From the NCBI GenBank assembly GCA_964291395.2, contig OZ219856.1, forward strand, positions 1,408,001-1,472,000: a stretch of DNA of 64,000 bases, in the 5' to 3' direction. The position numbers were made by a program, and so were the translations under genes. The stretch is from Alphaproteobacteria bacterium (GTDB lineage Bacteria; Pseudomonadota; Alphaproteobacteria; UBA2966). Below the pieces are notes generated by a model. It was not told the origin of the DNA. It did no database searches and saw nothing but the letters and a program-made list of their open reading frames with translations. Positions within the stretch are counted from its first letter, which is position 1; each line of letters opens with the position of its first letter. Positions 35,862 to 46,546 of the stretch are shown in pieces.

Positions 35862-36947
35862 TTATGGGCGGGATGTTGTTTGCAGGATGGAGAAGACGTT
35901 CAACAATACCTGCTTCCGATCGAGGTTGACGTCATCCACTGCGGAAAACAGGTCGCGCACGTTTTCCCATACCTCGCACCACCGTTCAAGGCTGGCCGTT
36001 CGCGCGAGGCGCGCCATCGCCGCGTCTTCGCCGGGCACGACCGGCTCGGGGAAGGCTCCGGCAGCGGCCCCGTGGATCATGCCCTCGAGCCAGCGTGTCA
36101 GCAGGCCGGCGATCAGGCGAAAGGTACCGCCGCCGTTCCGCCGGTTGAGACGATCCCCCATGCGATGGACGGCGAGCATATCGATCGTGGGAAGGTTCGA
36201 GACCAATCCGACGAGTTCTTCGTAAAGTGCGAGGCCGCCCGCATCAGCCAGCGCGAGTGCCCGGCCCGGACTTCCGTCCGCCAATCGTCCGAGCGCCGCG
36301 CGCTTGGCGGCAGCGATATCGGGCCGTTGCTCCGCCAGAATCCGACTGACGAGTTCCGGAGCAAGCGCGCGCAACGAAAGACGGCGGCAGCGGGATCGCA
36401 ACGTTGCCGGTACGCGGCCGGGGACGTGCGCAACCATGATCACCAAGCCACGGGCGGGTGGTTCTTCAAGCGTTTTGAGCAGCGCATTCGCCGCGTTCCG
36501 GTTCATCTCGTCCGCCGCGTCGACGATGGCCACGCGCCACTCCCCTTCCGCGGCCGTCATGGCGAAGAACGAGACGGAGTCGCGCACGTCGGACACCAGG
36601 ATCTCTTCGCGCCGCCGGTCCCGTCTGGTGTCGACGCCGCGTTCTACCACTTTGAGGTCGGCGTGTGCATAGGAGGCTACCCGGCGAAACACCGGATCGT
36701 CCTGCCCGATCTCCAGGCTGTCCGGCCCTCTGAACAGATCGCTGCCGCAGCTGGCGAGGACGAAGCGCGCGAGTCGGTAGGCGAGGGTCGCCTTGCCGAT
36801 GCCCCTTGGTCCCGTGATCATCCAGGAATGGGCGAAGCGGCCCCCCTTCCAGGCCGAGAGCAACTCCGACTCCGCATCGGCGTGTCCGAGTAAACTCGGA
36901 TTTTCGCGCGGACTCAGGACGGTGCTGCCGGTGTCGTCTGTCGCCAC
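35862..36947 (-). CDS. holB: DNA polymerase III delta-prime subunit
   Basis: GPRGIGKAT, AANALLKTLEEPP, TLRSRC; between tmk and metG. Confidence 0.93.
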   Translation of the reverse strand: MATDDTGSTVLSPRENPSLLGHADAESELLSAWKGGRFAHSWMITGPRGIGKATLAYRLARFVLASCGSDLFRGPDSLEIGQDDPVFRRVASYAHADLKVVERGVDTRRDRRREEILVSDVRDSVSFFAMTAAEGEWRVAIVDAADEMNRNAANALLKTLEEPPARGLVIMVAHVPGRVPATLRSRCRRLSLRALAPELVSRILAEQRPDIAAAKRAALGRLADGSPGRALALADAGGLALYEELVGLVSNLPTIDMLAVHRMGDRLNRRNGGGTFRLIAGLLTRWLEGMIHGAAAGAFPEPVVPGEDAAMARLARTASLERWCEVWENVRDLFSAVDDVNLDRKQVLLNVFSILQTTSRP

Positions 36948-36950
36948 GAG

Positions 36951-37580
36951 TCACATTCCGAACCGTTGCGCGATCAACGTCATGATGGAGTCATGGACGG
37001 CATCGGAGGATCGAGCCGCGTCGACGACGACGCATCGCTCGCTGTTTTGTCTCGCGATTTTCAGAAATCCCTCACGCAGTCTCATGTGAAAGTCGATTTC
37101 CATTTGCTCGTAGCGATGCGTTTCGCCTCCGCGGCTGACTATTCTGTCGAGTCCCTGGGAAACGGCGATGTCCAGAATGATCGTTGCGTCCGGCCACAGG
37201 TTCCCCACCGTCTGGCGATGCAGGTCTTCGATGATCGAAATCTCCAAGCCCTGCCCGTACCCCTGATATGCGATGGTCGAGTCGGTGTATCGGTCGCAGA
37301 CGACCCAGGTCCCCTCGTCGAGCGCGGGCTCGATTACCGTCATCACATGATCACGCCGCGCCGCGAAATGAAGCAGAGCCTCGCTCATGGGATCCCATCG
37401 GCCAACTTCACCACGGACGAGCAGTTCACGGATGCTCTCGGCCCCTGGCGAGCCTCCCGGTTCACGGGTGGCGAGACATGGAATACTCCTGTCTTCCAGG
37501 GCGTTCGCGAGACGTTCGGTTTGGGTGCTCTTGCCCGCACCCTCGCCGCCTTCGAACGAGATGAAGTGACCGCGAGCCAC
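36951..37580 (-). CDS. tmk: thymidylate kinase
   Basis: FEGGEGAGKST, TREPGG, CDRYTDSTIAYQG. Confidence 0.96.
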   Translation of the reverse strand: MARGHFISFEGGEGAGKSTQTERLANALEDRSIPCLATREPGGSPGAESIRELLVRGEVGRWDPMSEALLHFAARRDHVMTVIEPALDEGTWVVCDRYTDSTIAYQGYGQGLEISIIEDLHRQTVGNLWPDATIILDIAVSQGLDRIVSRGGETHRYEQMEIDFHMRLREGFLKIARQNSERCVVVDAARSSDAVHDSIMTLIAQRFGM

Positions 37581-37636
37581 GTTAGCGATCCATCATGGCA
37601 ATCGGGAGCGGCATCGGCTTCCGCTGCGATCAACCC

Positions 37637-38788
37637 CTACTCCGCCGCGCCCCACGCCAGATATCTGAGGGCGGCGCTCAAGCGTCCGAACATTCCCAGT
37701 CTGGAGACATTTTTTCCCGCGATGAGAGGGATCTGCTGGGTTTCGGCGTCGGGGGCTGAAATCGTCAGCATCGCCAGCCGTTGACCGGACCGGATGGGCG
37801 CCGCGATGGGGCTGTCGTAATTGACCTTCACTTCCATTTTGCGCCGAGATTTACGCGCCAGCGTAAGGGTCACCTCGTTCTCGATGATGAGCGGCACCTT
37901 TGCGTCTTCTCCGAGCCAGACCGCCGCGTTGTCCACCGTTTCGCCGGCCTCGAACAGCTGGAAATTATCGAACTCCCGGTAAGCCCAGTCCAACAGTCGT
38001 GTTGTTTCCTGGGTGCGGTGTTTTCGGCTCGCGAGTCCGTTGACGACGAGAATCAATCGGCGGCCTTGCCAGTTTACCGAGGCGGCGAGTCCGTACCCGG
38101 AAGCCCTGGTACGCCCGGTCTTGAGGCCGTCCGCGCCGTCGTATCCGTACAGGAGGGGATTCCGGTTTCCTTGCTTGATGTTGTTGTAGGTGTAGGTCTT
38201 TTCCGCGAACAGCGGGTAATACTCCGGAAACTCCCTGATGATGATGGCCGATAGTTTCGCTATATCGCGGACGGACATCGTATGGTCGGGATGGGGCCAG
38301 CCGGTAGAGTTCACGAACGTGCTATTGGTGAGACCGATCTCGCGAGCTCGTTCGGTCATCTCTTCCGCGAACGCGGCTTCGTTTCGGGCCAGTCCTTCGG
38401 CGATGACGATACATGCGTCGTTGCCCGACTGTACCACGATACCGCGCAGCAGATCTTCCAGTTTGACGCGCGTATTGATGCCGACGAACATCTTGGAACC
38501 ACCCATCCGCCATGCTTTCTCGCTTACCGGGAAGGTGTCTTCCAGTCGGAGACTGCCGGCCTTGAGGCGCTCGAAGATCATGTAGAGCGTCATCAGCTTG
38601 CTCATTGACGCTGGGGCCGTCGGTTCATCCGCATTCTTTTCGAGAAGCACGGTGCCCGTGTCGTAGTCCAAGAGGATGGCGAACTTCGCAGCGGTCTCCG
38701 TGGCCGCCGCCGGTAGCGGCGCGGCGAGGCTGACGGCCAGGACGAGCGTCGATAATTGCGTCAAAATGTTGGTAAGGCGGTTGGACAT
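37637..38788 (-). CDS. dacA: D-alanyl-D-alanine carboxypeptidase (PBP5/6 family)
   Basis: signal peptide; SxxK (SMSK), SxN (SGN) and KTG motifs. Confidence 0.9.
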   Translation of the reverse strand: MSNRLTNILTQLSTLVLAVSLAAPLPAAATETAAKFAILLDYDTGTVLLEKNADEPTAPASMSKLMTLYMIFERLKAGSLRLEDTFPVSEKAWRMGGSKMFVGINTRVKLEDLLRGIVVQSGNDACIVIAEGLARNEAAFAEEMTERAREIGLTNSTFVNSTGWPHPDHTMSVRDIAKLSAIIIREFPEYYPLFAEKTYTYNNIKQGNRNPLLYGYDGADGLKTGRTRASGYGLAASVNWQGRRLILVVNGLASRKHRTQETTRLLDWAYREFDNFQLFEAGETVDNAAVWLGEDAKVPLIIENEVTLTLARKSRRKMEVKVNYDSPIAAPIRSGQRLAMLTISAPDAETQQIPLIAGKNVSRLGMFGRLSAALRYLAWGAAE

Positions 38789-38876
38789 GCGCGTGATTGA
38801 AACGATCCCCCGTTGGGTCCGCCTGGGGATGATGTGGGCGGACCGGCCGAAAGTATGAAGGCGGATCAGCGTGGCA

Positions 38877-39863
38877 TCAATCGACGATGATTCTGGCGTC
38901 GATATGTCCGTTGTCGATCAGACGCTCGAGCGTCGCGTCTGCCTGTTCGAGGCTGGCAATCGGCCCGACGCGGACGCGAAAGAGTTCTTGCCCGTCGACT
39001 TGTGCCGGCGCGACGGAGGCTTCGGTGAGATCGGCGAGACGTTCCCGAAGACGCTCCGCATTCTCGAGAAAGGAGAATGCTCCTGCCTGCACGTAGAGAT
39101 TGGTGGGCTTGGGTATCCACGCCTTCGCACCATTGCCGGGTGGCTTGGGAACCTCTGGCGACGGGGCCGCGGCGACCCCTGCGGGCGGCGGCAGATGAGC
39201 GGTCTGCACGACGGCGACGGGCACCGCTCTCACCGCGAACCTGTCCTTGTCCGGAGTGACCGGTTTCGCCGCGATCTCGACTTCGTCTGGCGACGGCACC
39301 GCCACGACCCGTACGCGCGCGACGCCTTGTTCTTCGAAACCGAGAAGCCGAGCGGCCCGGCGCGAAAGATCGATGATTCGACCATGCACGAATGGGCCTC
39401 GATCGTTGACACGGACGGTGAGCTCTCGGCCGTTTTCGAGGTTTGTCACACGCACGTAGGTCGGCATCGCCAACGTCTTGTGGGCGGCGGTCAGGCCGTT
39501 CATGTCATAGATCTCACCGTTCGCCGTCGCCCGGCCGTGGAACGGCTTGCCGTACCAGGACGCGATCCCGGTTTGGCGGTAGTCCGGATCCTCCTTCGGG
39601 TAGTACCAGACACCTGCGATCTCGTAAGGATCCCCTACCTTGTATATTCCCCGAGATGAAGGAAGCACAACTTTACGTTGATGCTGTGGAGCGGCTTCCA
39701 CTTCTGTCCCGGCCTTGTTTCCTTCCGAAATTCTGGTGGCTTCCTTGGCCGCGTGGATGACGAGACGTGTCGGGGCACACGCCGCCACCATCAGGAGTAG
39801 GAGTGCGGCCGCAACGCCAATGCTGAACCTGGATATCAAGAGGCTACCGGCCGAGCGCATCAC
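38877..39863 (-). CDS. rlpA: septal ring lytic transglycosylase RlpA (DPBB + SPOR), lipoprotein
   Basis: lipobox VAAC, GIASWYG, TAAHKTL, VNDRGPF..RIIDLS, C-terminal SPOR YVQAGAF. Confidence 0.93.
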   Translation of the reverse strand: MMRSAGSLLISRFSIGVAAALLLLMVAACAPTRLVIHAAKEATRISEGNKAGTEVEAAPQHQRKVVLPSSRGIYKVGDPYEIAGVWYYPKEDPDYRQTGIASWYGKPFHGRATANGEIYDMNGLTAAHKTLAMPTYVRVTNLENGRELTVRVNDRGPFVHGRIIDLSRRAARLLGFEEQGVARVRVVAVPSPDEVEIAAKPVTPDKDRFAVRAVPVAVVQTAHLPPPAGVAAAPSPEVPKPPGNGAKAWIPKPTNLYVQAGAFSFLENAERLRERLADLTEASVAPAQVDGQELFRVRVGPIASLEQADATLERLIDNGHIDARIIVD

Positions 39864-39907
39864 TATCTTGTGTATGTTACGGAATTGACCCCAGCATCTT
39901 GCGTATC

Positions 39908-40942
39908 TTATCGAGCACTGATGCGATCTGCAAGATATCCGACCGCGATGGCAAAGAAATCGGACCTATTCCATTTCAATATCGCTTCGAAATTGTCATA
40001 GACCAGAAATGCGGGATCTCGTTTTCCTTTGTCCGGCAGAACGATCGAGGAATTCAACTGGCGGCGGGGCAAATCGCTGCCGTTGATCCGGCGCACTCCG
40101 AGTTTCTGCCACTCCCCTATTCGCTTCTTGATCTTCCGTCCAGTCAATCCAAGGTCAAAGTCTCGGGGAAGCCGGACGGCCCTGCCCCAGGTGATGTCGT
40201 CCCGCCAGTCCGACGCCGCCAGATAGTTGGCCGTCGACGCGAATACGTCGGGTTTGCTGGTCCAGATGTCGCGACGCCCATCGCCGTCGTAATCGACGGC
40301 ATGCCGCGCAAAGCTCGAGGGCATAAACTGGTTTTGGCCCATGGCCCCGGCCCACGACCCCTTCATCCGATTCGGTTGTATGTGCCCTTCATCGAGAATC
40401 TGCAGAGATATCAGTAATTCATTGCGAAAAAATGAACTTCTTCTCCCGTCGAAGGCCAGTGTCGCGAGCGAGGCGATGACCGGAAATCCTCCGGTGTATC
40501 GTCCGAAGCCTGTCTCAATGCCCCAAAGGGCGACGATGAACCTCGGCTGCACGCCGAATTTCGTACCGACTTCGTTCAGCAGTTTCCGGTTTTGCGCGAA
40601 TTTCTCTCTTCCCTCGTCTATTCGCTTCTGATTGACGACCCGGGAAATGTACTGATCGAAGGTCATCGTGAATTCGGGCTGACGCCGGTCCAGTTCGATG
40701 ACGCGGGGTATCGGCTCGACGCCGTCAAAGGCCGTGTCGAACGTCTCCGCCCGGATACCTCGGGCGAGTGCCTCGGCGCGAAGCGCATCGCGCCACTCGT
40801 CAAAATTGTGATGGTCGGCGAATGCGGCCGGGACTCGGCCGACCGACAGTCCGAAACACAGAACGACGATAAGCCACGGAGATTGCTTCAACGCGCTCTG
40901 CCTTTCACCTGAACGGGCAATATGCTGGTGCACTTGTGCCAC
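39908..40942 (-). CDS. lytic murein transglycosylase (MltB/SLT_2 family)
   Basis: QPEF, ALWGIETGFG, GSWAGAMGQNQFMPSS, DYDGDGRRDIW; start uncertain. Confidence 0.9.
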   Translation of the reverse strand: MAQVHQHIARSGERQSALKQSPWLIVVLCFGLSVGRVPAAFADHHNFDEWRDALRAEALARGIRAETFDTAFDGVEPIPRVIELDRRQPEFTMTFDQYISRVVNQKRIDEGREKFAQNRKLLNEVGTKFGVQPRFIVALWGIETGFGRYTGGFPVIASLATLAFDGRRSSFFRNELLISLQILDEGHIQPNRMKGSWAGAMGQNQFMPSSFARHAVDYDGDGRRDIWTSKPDVFASTANYLAASDWRDDITWGRAVRLPRDFDLGLTGRKIKKRIGEWQKLGVRRINGSDLPRRQLNSSIVLPDKGKRDPAFLVYDNFEAILKWNRSDFFAIAVGYLADRISAR

Positions 40943-41087
40943 AGCCCCCGAACGCCCGCAACGTCATCTTGGTCCGGGAAATCGCACGGCGGATTGTCCG
41001 GCCCGGTGGTGCCGGGCGGGCGCCGCTGGCCGTGACTTCGCACCCGTGCCATCATCGCCTGAAACCGGGCGTACGGAGCAGTTGGCA

Positions 41088-41492
41088 ATGGACGACGAGC
41101 AGGCGGTGCTGCGGGCAAACGGCGCCTTTTACACGGCGTTCGCGAGCGCCGATTTCGCCGCCATGACCGAGGTCTGGGCGCACGACGACGGCATCGCCTG
41201 CATCCATCCGGGATGGGACGTGTTCACGGGCTATCACGACGTCATGGAGAGCTGGCGGACGATCCTCGCAGGTGGTGCCGCGCCGCGGATCTCGTGCCGG
41301 GCGGCCCGCGCCTTCCTGTTCGGGGATGTCGCTTTCGTCACGTGCAACGAGATGGTCAACGGCGGCCTTCTGGTCGCCACGAATGTATTCGTACTCAAGG
41401 ACGGGGGTTGGCGCATGGTCCACCATCACGCAGGACCATGTGGCGCGCCCGAACCGGCGCCCGGAGCCGGCCCGAGCGACTCGCTCCATTAA
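41088..41492 (+). CDS. SnoaL/NTF2-like domain protein
   Basis: ANGAFYTAF, CIHPGW, ATNVF, WRMVHHHA. Confidence 0.85.
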   Translation: MDDEQAVLRANGAFYTAFASADFAAMTEVWAHDDGIACIHPGWDVFTGYHDVMESWRTILAGGAAPRISCRAARAFLFGDVAFVTCNEMVNGGLLVATNVFVLKDGGWRMVHHHAGPCGAPEPAPGAGPSDSLH

Positions 41493-41615
41493 CGGGCCGC
41501 GGAAAAGCCGTTTTGGGAGCGTTGGCGCGCAATGCTGACCTACGAATTGCCGCCCGTGATTCCATGCCGTCGCGACTTGGCCCCGTTCGATTCCTTCGTT
41601 TCAATCGTCATGCTC

Positions 41616-42986
41616 TCAGCCGATATTTTCAGTAGTCTGCTGACGCTCCGCGAGATACGCCCGGACACGCTTCTCTATCTCGGTGCGACGCTCGACGTAC
41701 GACAAGTCCCCGGTCTCCACGATGATGCGGCCGATGGCCCGGCCGATTTCGCCTTGGATTTCCCGGTTATCCGACATGTCCCCGACACGGACGATCACGT
41801 CGCAGCACTGCGTGGGTAGGTGACCCGAAGCCGCCGGCGCAAGTAGAGGGAGATCCCTACCCTCCTGAACTGCCCGGATACCTTCGCGCAGCGTCCGGCG
41901 CAACAGCGCCACGCCCGTGTCCGTGTATCCGAGATTCCCGAGCGCATGGATATTGATCGGCCCCTGCCCCACCTGGGCTTCGTAGTCGCCCGGAATTCTC
42001 TGCCCTTCCTCGTAGGACCGCGCGCTGGTTTGTCCCAGGAAATCGACTTTGTTGAGTCCGATTTCGGAACGGTCGCTCTTGCCGTCAACGTCGAGGTCGT
42101 CGTTGAAGTGCCGCCAGGCGATGATCATGGTGTTGGTGTCGTCGACCGGCACCGCCCATTTGCTGAGGCCGGCACGGACGAAGAACTTCTCGCGATCGGG
42201 GTTCTGGTAGATGTCCGGAGTCTGAGCGAAGTTGGGCGCGACCCACTCGTTGATCCGCGTCCACAGATGATCTTTCCAGCGCCGGGTATTGGTGAGGTGC
42301 ACGCCCGTGCCGCCCTCCTTCACGTGCCACTCGACCACCGGCAAGGCGCCCCACGACACGTTGAAATGCGCCTCGGTCACGCGGCTGTGCAGAAACACGC
42401 TGTGGTAGGGATCGACCGGATTCTCGTTCACTTGCAACCAGTTGCAGGGATAGTGGATGGCATACGGCACCATCTCGTTGTCCGGCAATTCCAAGGAATC
42501 GTAGATGGGGAAGTCCGGTTTGGTGCCGGGCGGTCCCATATACGCGAAGACCAGTCCTTTGTACTCATGAGTCGGATAGGCACCGTGCACGAAACCGTCC
42601 TTGAGCGGGGAGCCCGGCGGCTCGCCGGGCGTCTCGAGGATTCTGCCGTCCACGTCGAACAGCCAGCCGTGATAACAGCAGCGGATGCCACGGTCCGAGA
42701 CGATTCCGAACTCGAGCGACGCGCCCCGGTGCGAGCAATGCCTGTTCAGCAATCCGATCTGTCCGGACTTGTCCCGGAAGACCACCAGGTCTTCGCCCAT
42801 GATGGTCAGTGCGAGGGGCAGATCGGTGAGCTGCTCGGTCAGGCAGACCGGCTGCCAGAAGCGCCGCAGGTACTCTCCGCACGGCGTGTTGGAGCCGACA
42901 TGGGTGAGCTCCGCGTCCTCCGCGACGCCGTGGGGTCGGCGGTAGCCCGCATAGGGCTCTTGAGGCATGGCGACCTGTTCGCTCAT
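41616..42986 (-). CDS. Rieske non-heme iron oxygenase alpha subunit (phthalate 4,5-dioxygenase/LigXa-like)
   Basis: Rieske CSH..CCYH, catalytic DPYHSVFLH, N-terminal TPCGEYLRRFWQPV typical of this subfamily. Confidence 0.88.
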   Translation of the reverse strand: MSEQVAMPQEPYAGYRRPHGVAEDAELTHVGSNTPCGEYLRRFWQPVCLTEQLTDLPLALTIMGEDLVVFRDKSGQIGLLNRHCSHRGASLEFGIVSDRGIRCCYHGWLFDVDGRILETPGEPPGSPLKDGFVHGAYPTHEYKGLVFAYMGPPGTKPDFPIYDSLELPDNEMVPYAIHYPCNWLQVNENPVDPYHSVFLHSRVTEAHFNVSWGALPVVEWHVKEGGTGVHLTNTRRWKDHLWTRINEWVAPNFAQTPDIYQNPDREKFFVRAGLSKWAVPVDDTNTMIIAWRHFNDDLDVDGKSDRSEIGLNKVDFLGQTSARSYEEGQRIPGDYEAQVGQGPINIHALGNLGYTDTGVALLRRTLREGIRAVQEGRDLPLLAPAASGHLPTQCCDVIVRVGDMSDNREIQGEIGRAIGRIIVETGDLSYVERRTEIEKRVRAYLAERQQTTENIG

Positions 42987-43028
42987 TATGCTTTCTCCTC
43001 GAACGGCGGAAAGCCGATTGGCCTCGGT

Positions 43029-43577
43029 TCAGGCAGGAGTAATTTCAACCAAGTTCCCGTTCTCGTCGAGATCCAAGCCGGTCTTTCGCGCCCGTTCCAG
43101 GACTTTGGGCGACCAGGTGACCCGCCCAGCATCCGTCCCGCCGAGGATCGCCATCAGGTAGGCGTATTCGCTCCCCGTGTTGCGGAACCCTCTCATCACG
43201 TCCGGGGGAACCGAGATCACGTCTCCCTGGTCGAGTTCGATCTCGTGTTCGCCCTGATCGCCCCAGAACACGGCCCAAGTGCCCGTCATCGGGATGAACA
43301 CCTCGACCCCGGCCGAGTGTGAATGAAGGTTCGCCCCTCTTCCGGGCTCGGCCCCGATGTAGGTGAGATTGAAGTCCTCGGCGTCGGTGATTGCCGGTTG
43401 CGAATCAGGATCCTCCGTGACCCCCTGGCCGATGACATCGAAGATCTCGCGCTGGTTTTCCGGCAGGCGAGTATCGACGAACGCCTTGCTCGTCGACTTG
43501 AGGTCCTTCATACGTGCTACGCGCTTCGTCATCTCTTCCATGGACACCTGTCGGCTTCCCATTGCTTTCGTCCTCAT
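43029..43577 (-). CDS. cupin domain protein
   Basis: GANLHSH..EVF and GDVISVPPDVMRGFRN cupin motifs. Confidence 0.85.
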   Translation of the reverse strand: MRTKAMGSRQVSMEEMTKRVARMKDLKSTSKAFVDTRLPENQREIFDVIGQGVTEDPDSQPAITDAEDFNLTYIGAEPGRGANLHSHSAGVEVFIPMTGTWAVFWGDQGEHEIELDQGDVISVPPDVMRGFRNTGSEYAYLMAILGGTDAGRVTWSPKVLERARKTGLDLDENGNLVEITPA

Positions 43578-43703
43578 CTCAAAGCGTCAACGGTCAGAAT
43601 TCAGAAGTCATCACAACTACAGGTCATTCCCGCCGACACGACGAGAAGACCGCACCATCAGAATACCATGCTGCCGTCCCTCGCTGGTTTCCCCTGCGTC
43701 GAC

Positions 43704-44597
43704 CTACCCTTCCCCGCCATCCCGGATAAAGGGGAACACGCGAGTGAAGTCCGCTCCCGGCATCTTTTCACCCATGTCCGACCAAATCTTGTTGACGACG
43801 GAGCCTACGGCGTTGGGGAAGTTTCCGTTTTCAACTTCCTCGACATAGACGCCTACGTCCTTCACCAGAATCTCGACCGCCGCGCCGACATCGTAGGTCT
43901 TCGGTTCGATGCAGGTGGGGAAGACGTAGGACGTCGCGATATTGGCGCCGCTCGAGACGTTGATCACCTCGAGGATCGACTTCATGTCGAGGTTCTGGCT
44001 CAAGCCGTAATTCATCGCCTCGCTCGTCGCGGTCATGGCCGCGCCGATCAGGAAGTTGTTGATCAGCTTGATAGCCTGTGCCTGGCCCGGCTCTTCACCG
44101 ACGTGAAACAGCTTGCGTCCCATCTTTTCAAGCACCGGGCGGACTTTTTCGACGGCGTCGGTTTTGCCTGCAACGATGAATGTCAAGGTCGCGGCTTTCG
44201 CCGCCGCCGGGCCGATTCCCGTGCCGCCCGATGCGCCCGCGACGGCCGAGTCGATGTAGGTGATGTCGACGGCCCCTAGGCGGGCCTCGGCGGCACGGGC
44301 GGTTTTCGAGCCGATGGTCGAGGTGTCGACGACGATCGAGACGGTCCGGTGGTTGGCCGCCGCCAGTTCTTCCGTGATCTCTTCGACCGCCTGCCGGGTC
44401 GCCACGCTGATGATTGCGAACTTGGAGCTTCCCGCAATCTGGGTAACGGAGTCCGCGATCTCGGCCCCTTCGGGCGCCCGTTCCTTCGTACCCGCGATGT
44501 CGTAACAGATGACGGGATATCCCGCCGACACCAGATTGATCGCCATGGGATTGCCCATGTTGCCGAGACCTATGAATCCGATGCGTTCTCCCGCCAT
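43704..44597 (-). CDS. beta-hydroxyacid dehydrogenase (3-hydroxyisobutyrate/tartronate semialdehyde reductase family)
   Basis: GFIGLGNMGNPMA, DTSTI, catalytic KLINN. Confidence 0.88.
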   Translation of the reverse strand: MAGERIGFIGLGNMGNPMAINLVSAGYPVICYDIAGTKERAPEGAEIADSVTQIAGSSKFAIISVATRQAVEEITEELAAANHRTVSIVVDTSTIGSKTARAAEARLGAVDITYIDSAVAGASGGTGIGPAAAKAATLTFIVAGKTDAVEKVRPVLEKMGRKLFHVGEEPGQAQAIKLINNFLIGAAMTATSEAMNYGLSQNLDMKSILEVINVSSGANIATSYVFPTCIEPKTYDVGAAVEILVKDVGVYVEEVENGNFPNAVGSVVNKIWSDMGEKMPGADFTRVFPFIRDGGEG

Positions 44598-44739
44598 GCC
44601 ATTTCTCCTTGTGCGGTTCCAGCGAATGCCTTTGTTTAGCGAGTCGGCCGTCTGTGGAGCAAGGTAAGCGGGTTCGCTTATTCTTCCTGGACTCCATGGG
44701 TTAGGCTGCCACGTCGGAAACCAGCGAGGGACGGCGGGT

Positions 44740-45417
44740 ATGGCTATGCAAATCGATCCCCGGATCGTCGAACGCTTCGAGGCGCTGGCGGGTCCTGACG
44801 TCGCGGACGGGCTGGAGCGCAACGGCCTTGAAGGGGCCGCCGAAGGCGTGCTGCCCTTGTGGCCGGACTGCCGTAAGATTGTCGGGCCGGCTCAAACCCT
44901 CAAACTCGTGCCACCCGGCGAAGGGCCTGAATCAGCCGCCTATGACACCTTGCGTGCCGTCGTGGCCGGCGGCCAAGGCAGTGTTCTCGTCATCGACAAC
45001 GGCAGTCGGCCTACGGTGAACAGCTTCGGCGGCATCGTCGGCACCACGTCGAAACACTATGGCGTCGCCGGATGTGTCAGCGACGGTGCCATGCGGGACA
45101 TCAACGAATACAAGGCCCTCGACTTTCCTTGCTACGCGTCCGGACCCGCGATGACGTCGATCCGCACACGCTCGTCGAGCGCCGGCTACGGCATCGAGGT
45201 CACCTTCGCGGGCCTCGCCGTCCGGCCGGGCGACTTGGTGTTCGGCGATGAGAACGGCGTGCTCATCGTGTCTCGGGACCACATCGAAGCCGTTCTCGAA
45301 ACGGCGGAACTCGTGAAACGCACCGAAGAGCGGATCATCGCCGCCATCCGCAGCGGTCAGGATCCGGTCGCGGCCCACGAAGCGGTGCGCTATGACCAGA
45401 TGCTCGCCAAGACGTGA
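44740..45417 (+). CDS. RraA/HMG-CHA aldolase family protein
   Basis: VADGL, VGPAQT, GAMRD, VRPGDLVFGDENGV. Confidence 0.85.
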   Translation: MAMQIDPRIVERFEALAGPDVADGLERNGLEGAAEGVLPLWPDCRKIVGPAQTLKLVPPGEGPESAAYDTLRAVVAGGQGSVLVIDNGSRPTVNSFGGIVGTTSKHYGVAGCVSDGAMRDINEYKALDFPCYASGPAMTSIRTRSSSAGYGIEVTFAGLAVRPGDLVFGDENGVLIVSRDHIEAVLETAELVKRTEERIIAAIRSGQDPVAAHEAVRYDQMLAKT

Positions 45418-45520
45418 GTTCGTCGAGGCATGGCACTCCAAAGCCGTGAGCCTCTACCTCCCTCGACATCGTGCGAATTGAATCGAATTTCTCCCGCAGC
45501 GCCAATCCGTTAAGTCTTGG

Positions 45521-46546
45521 TCACGTGTCCAGGACGGAGTCGTCGAACAGGCTCTCGACGGGGATCGGAGCGTCGATCAACCGCTGATCCGCGACATATT
45601 CGATGAATTGCTCGAGATTGGCCCGATTCGCCTTGAGGCCGTTCGGAAACAGATCGGGGCCCATGTTGTCGCGCTGCCATTCATATTCGTTTCTGGCGAA
45701 CATCAACATCGAGAAGGCCGGGTCATCGTAGAACTCGTCCGTCTTGCGCTTGGCATCCTCCCAGATGTCGATCATCGCCTTGGGCAGCCAGGGCTCTCGT
45801 GCCACGAGTTCACGCGTAAACACCAACAGATGCATGATGGGGCAGTAGCCGAACTTCCCGAAATGCCTGAGCGACTCGGCGCGCGAGTCGGAGAACAGGC
45901 GGCGTACCCGCCCGGGATTGCGCAGGACGGCGGGAGGCGGTAGCGGATGGAACAGGGCGTCGACCTCGCCGGCCACCAACATCTCGCCGGCATCCTCGCC
46001 ATCCGGAATGTTCTGAATCGAGATGCCCTCCCCCTCCCAAGGGATCTCCTCATGGTGCTGGATGCACCAGTGCACTTCTTCCCAGGGCACACCGTACTCG
46101 CTCTTGAGGTCGCCCTTCGCCAGGACGCAGAGCGTGGTCTGGAAGGACCACACGGCCACTCTTTTGCCGATCAAGTCCCTGGGTTCGTCGATCCCGGCAT
46201 CGACGTTCACGAACATGCAGATCTGGCTGAACAGACGGCGGGGAAACACCGGCGTTGCGATGAGTTCGTCGGACCGCGTCCGGGACATGATGAAGGATGC
46301 GAGCGATTGTTCGCAGATGTCGAACTCCCGGCCCCGGAACATGCGTCCGTGGCGGTCCATGCCGTCTCGACGGCCAGGATCGAAGCCAACGCCGACTTCG
46401 AGCGCACGGAACGATATGCCCTCGGGGCAGTCCACGGTGCCCATGAAGAACGGCGCATGGCGATCGAGCCGTTCCAGTGCGATGGTGAACGTTTTGTCCA
46501 TCGTGTCCCCTCCCCGGTTGGTCGCCGGGGCATGGTAGCCGCTCAC
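45521..46546 (-). CDS. 4,5-dihydroxyphthalate decarboxylase-like protein
   Basis: EFDICEQSL, PVFPRRLF, DLIGKRV, PIMHLLV, GLKANRANLE pattern; GTG start overlaps the upstream stop (alternative ATG at 46501). Confidence 0.75.
   Translation of the reverse strand: MSGYHAPATNRGGDTMDKTFTIALERLDRHAPFFMGTVDCPEGISFRALEVGVGFDPGRRDGMDRHGRMFRGREFDICEQSLASFIMSRTRSDELIATPVFPRRLFSQICMFVNVDAGIDEPRDLIGKRVAVWSFQTTLCVLAKGDLKSEYGVPWEEVHWCIQHHEEIPWEGEGISIQNIPDGEDAGEMLVAGEVDALFHPLPPPAVLRNPGRVRRLFSDSRAESLRHFGKFGYCPIMHLLVFTRELVAREPWLPKAMIDIWEDAKRKTDEFYDDPAFSMLMFARNEYEWQRDNMGPDLFPNGLKANRANLEQFIEYVADQRLIDAPIPVESLFDDSVLDT

Noticed and set aside
43623-43633. GTCATTCCCGC resembling the start of an alphaproteobacterial palindromic repeat element
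   Set aside because: The complementary arm is missing and I saw no second copy in the window
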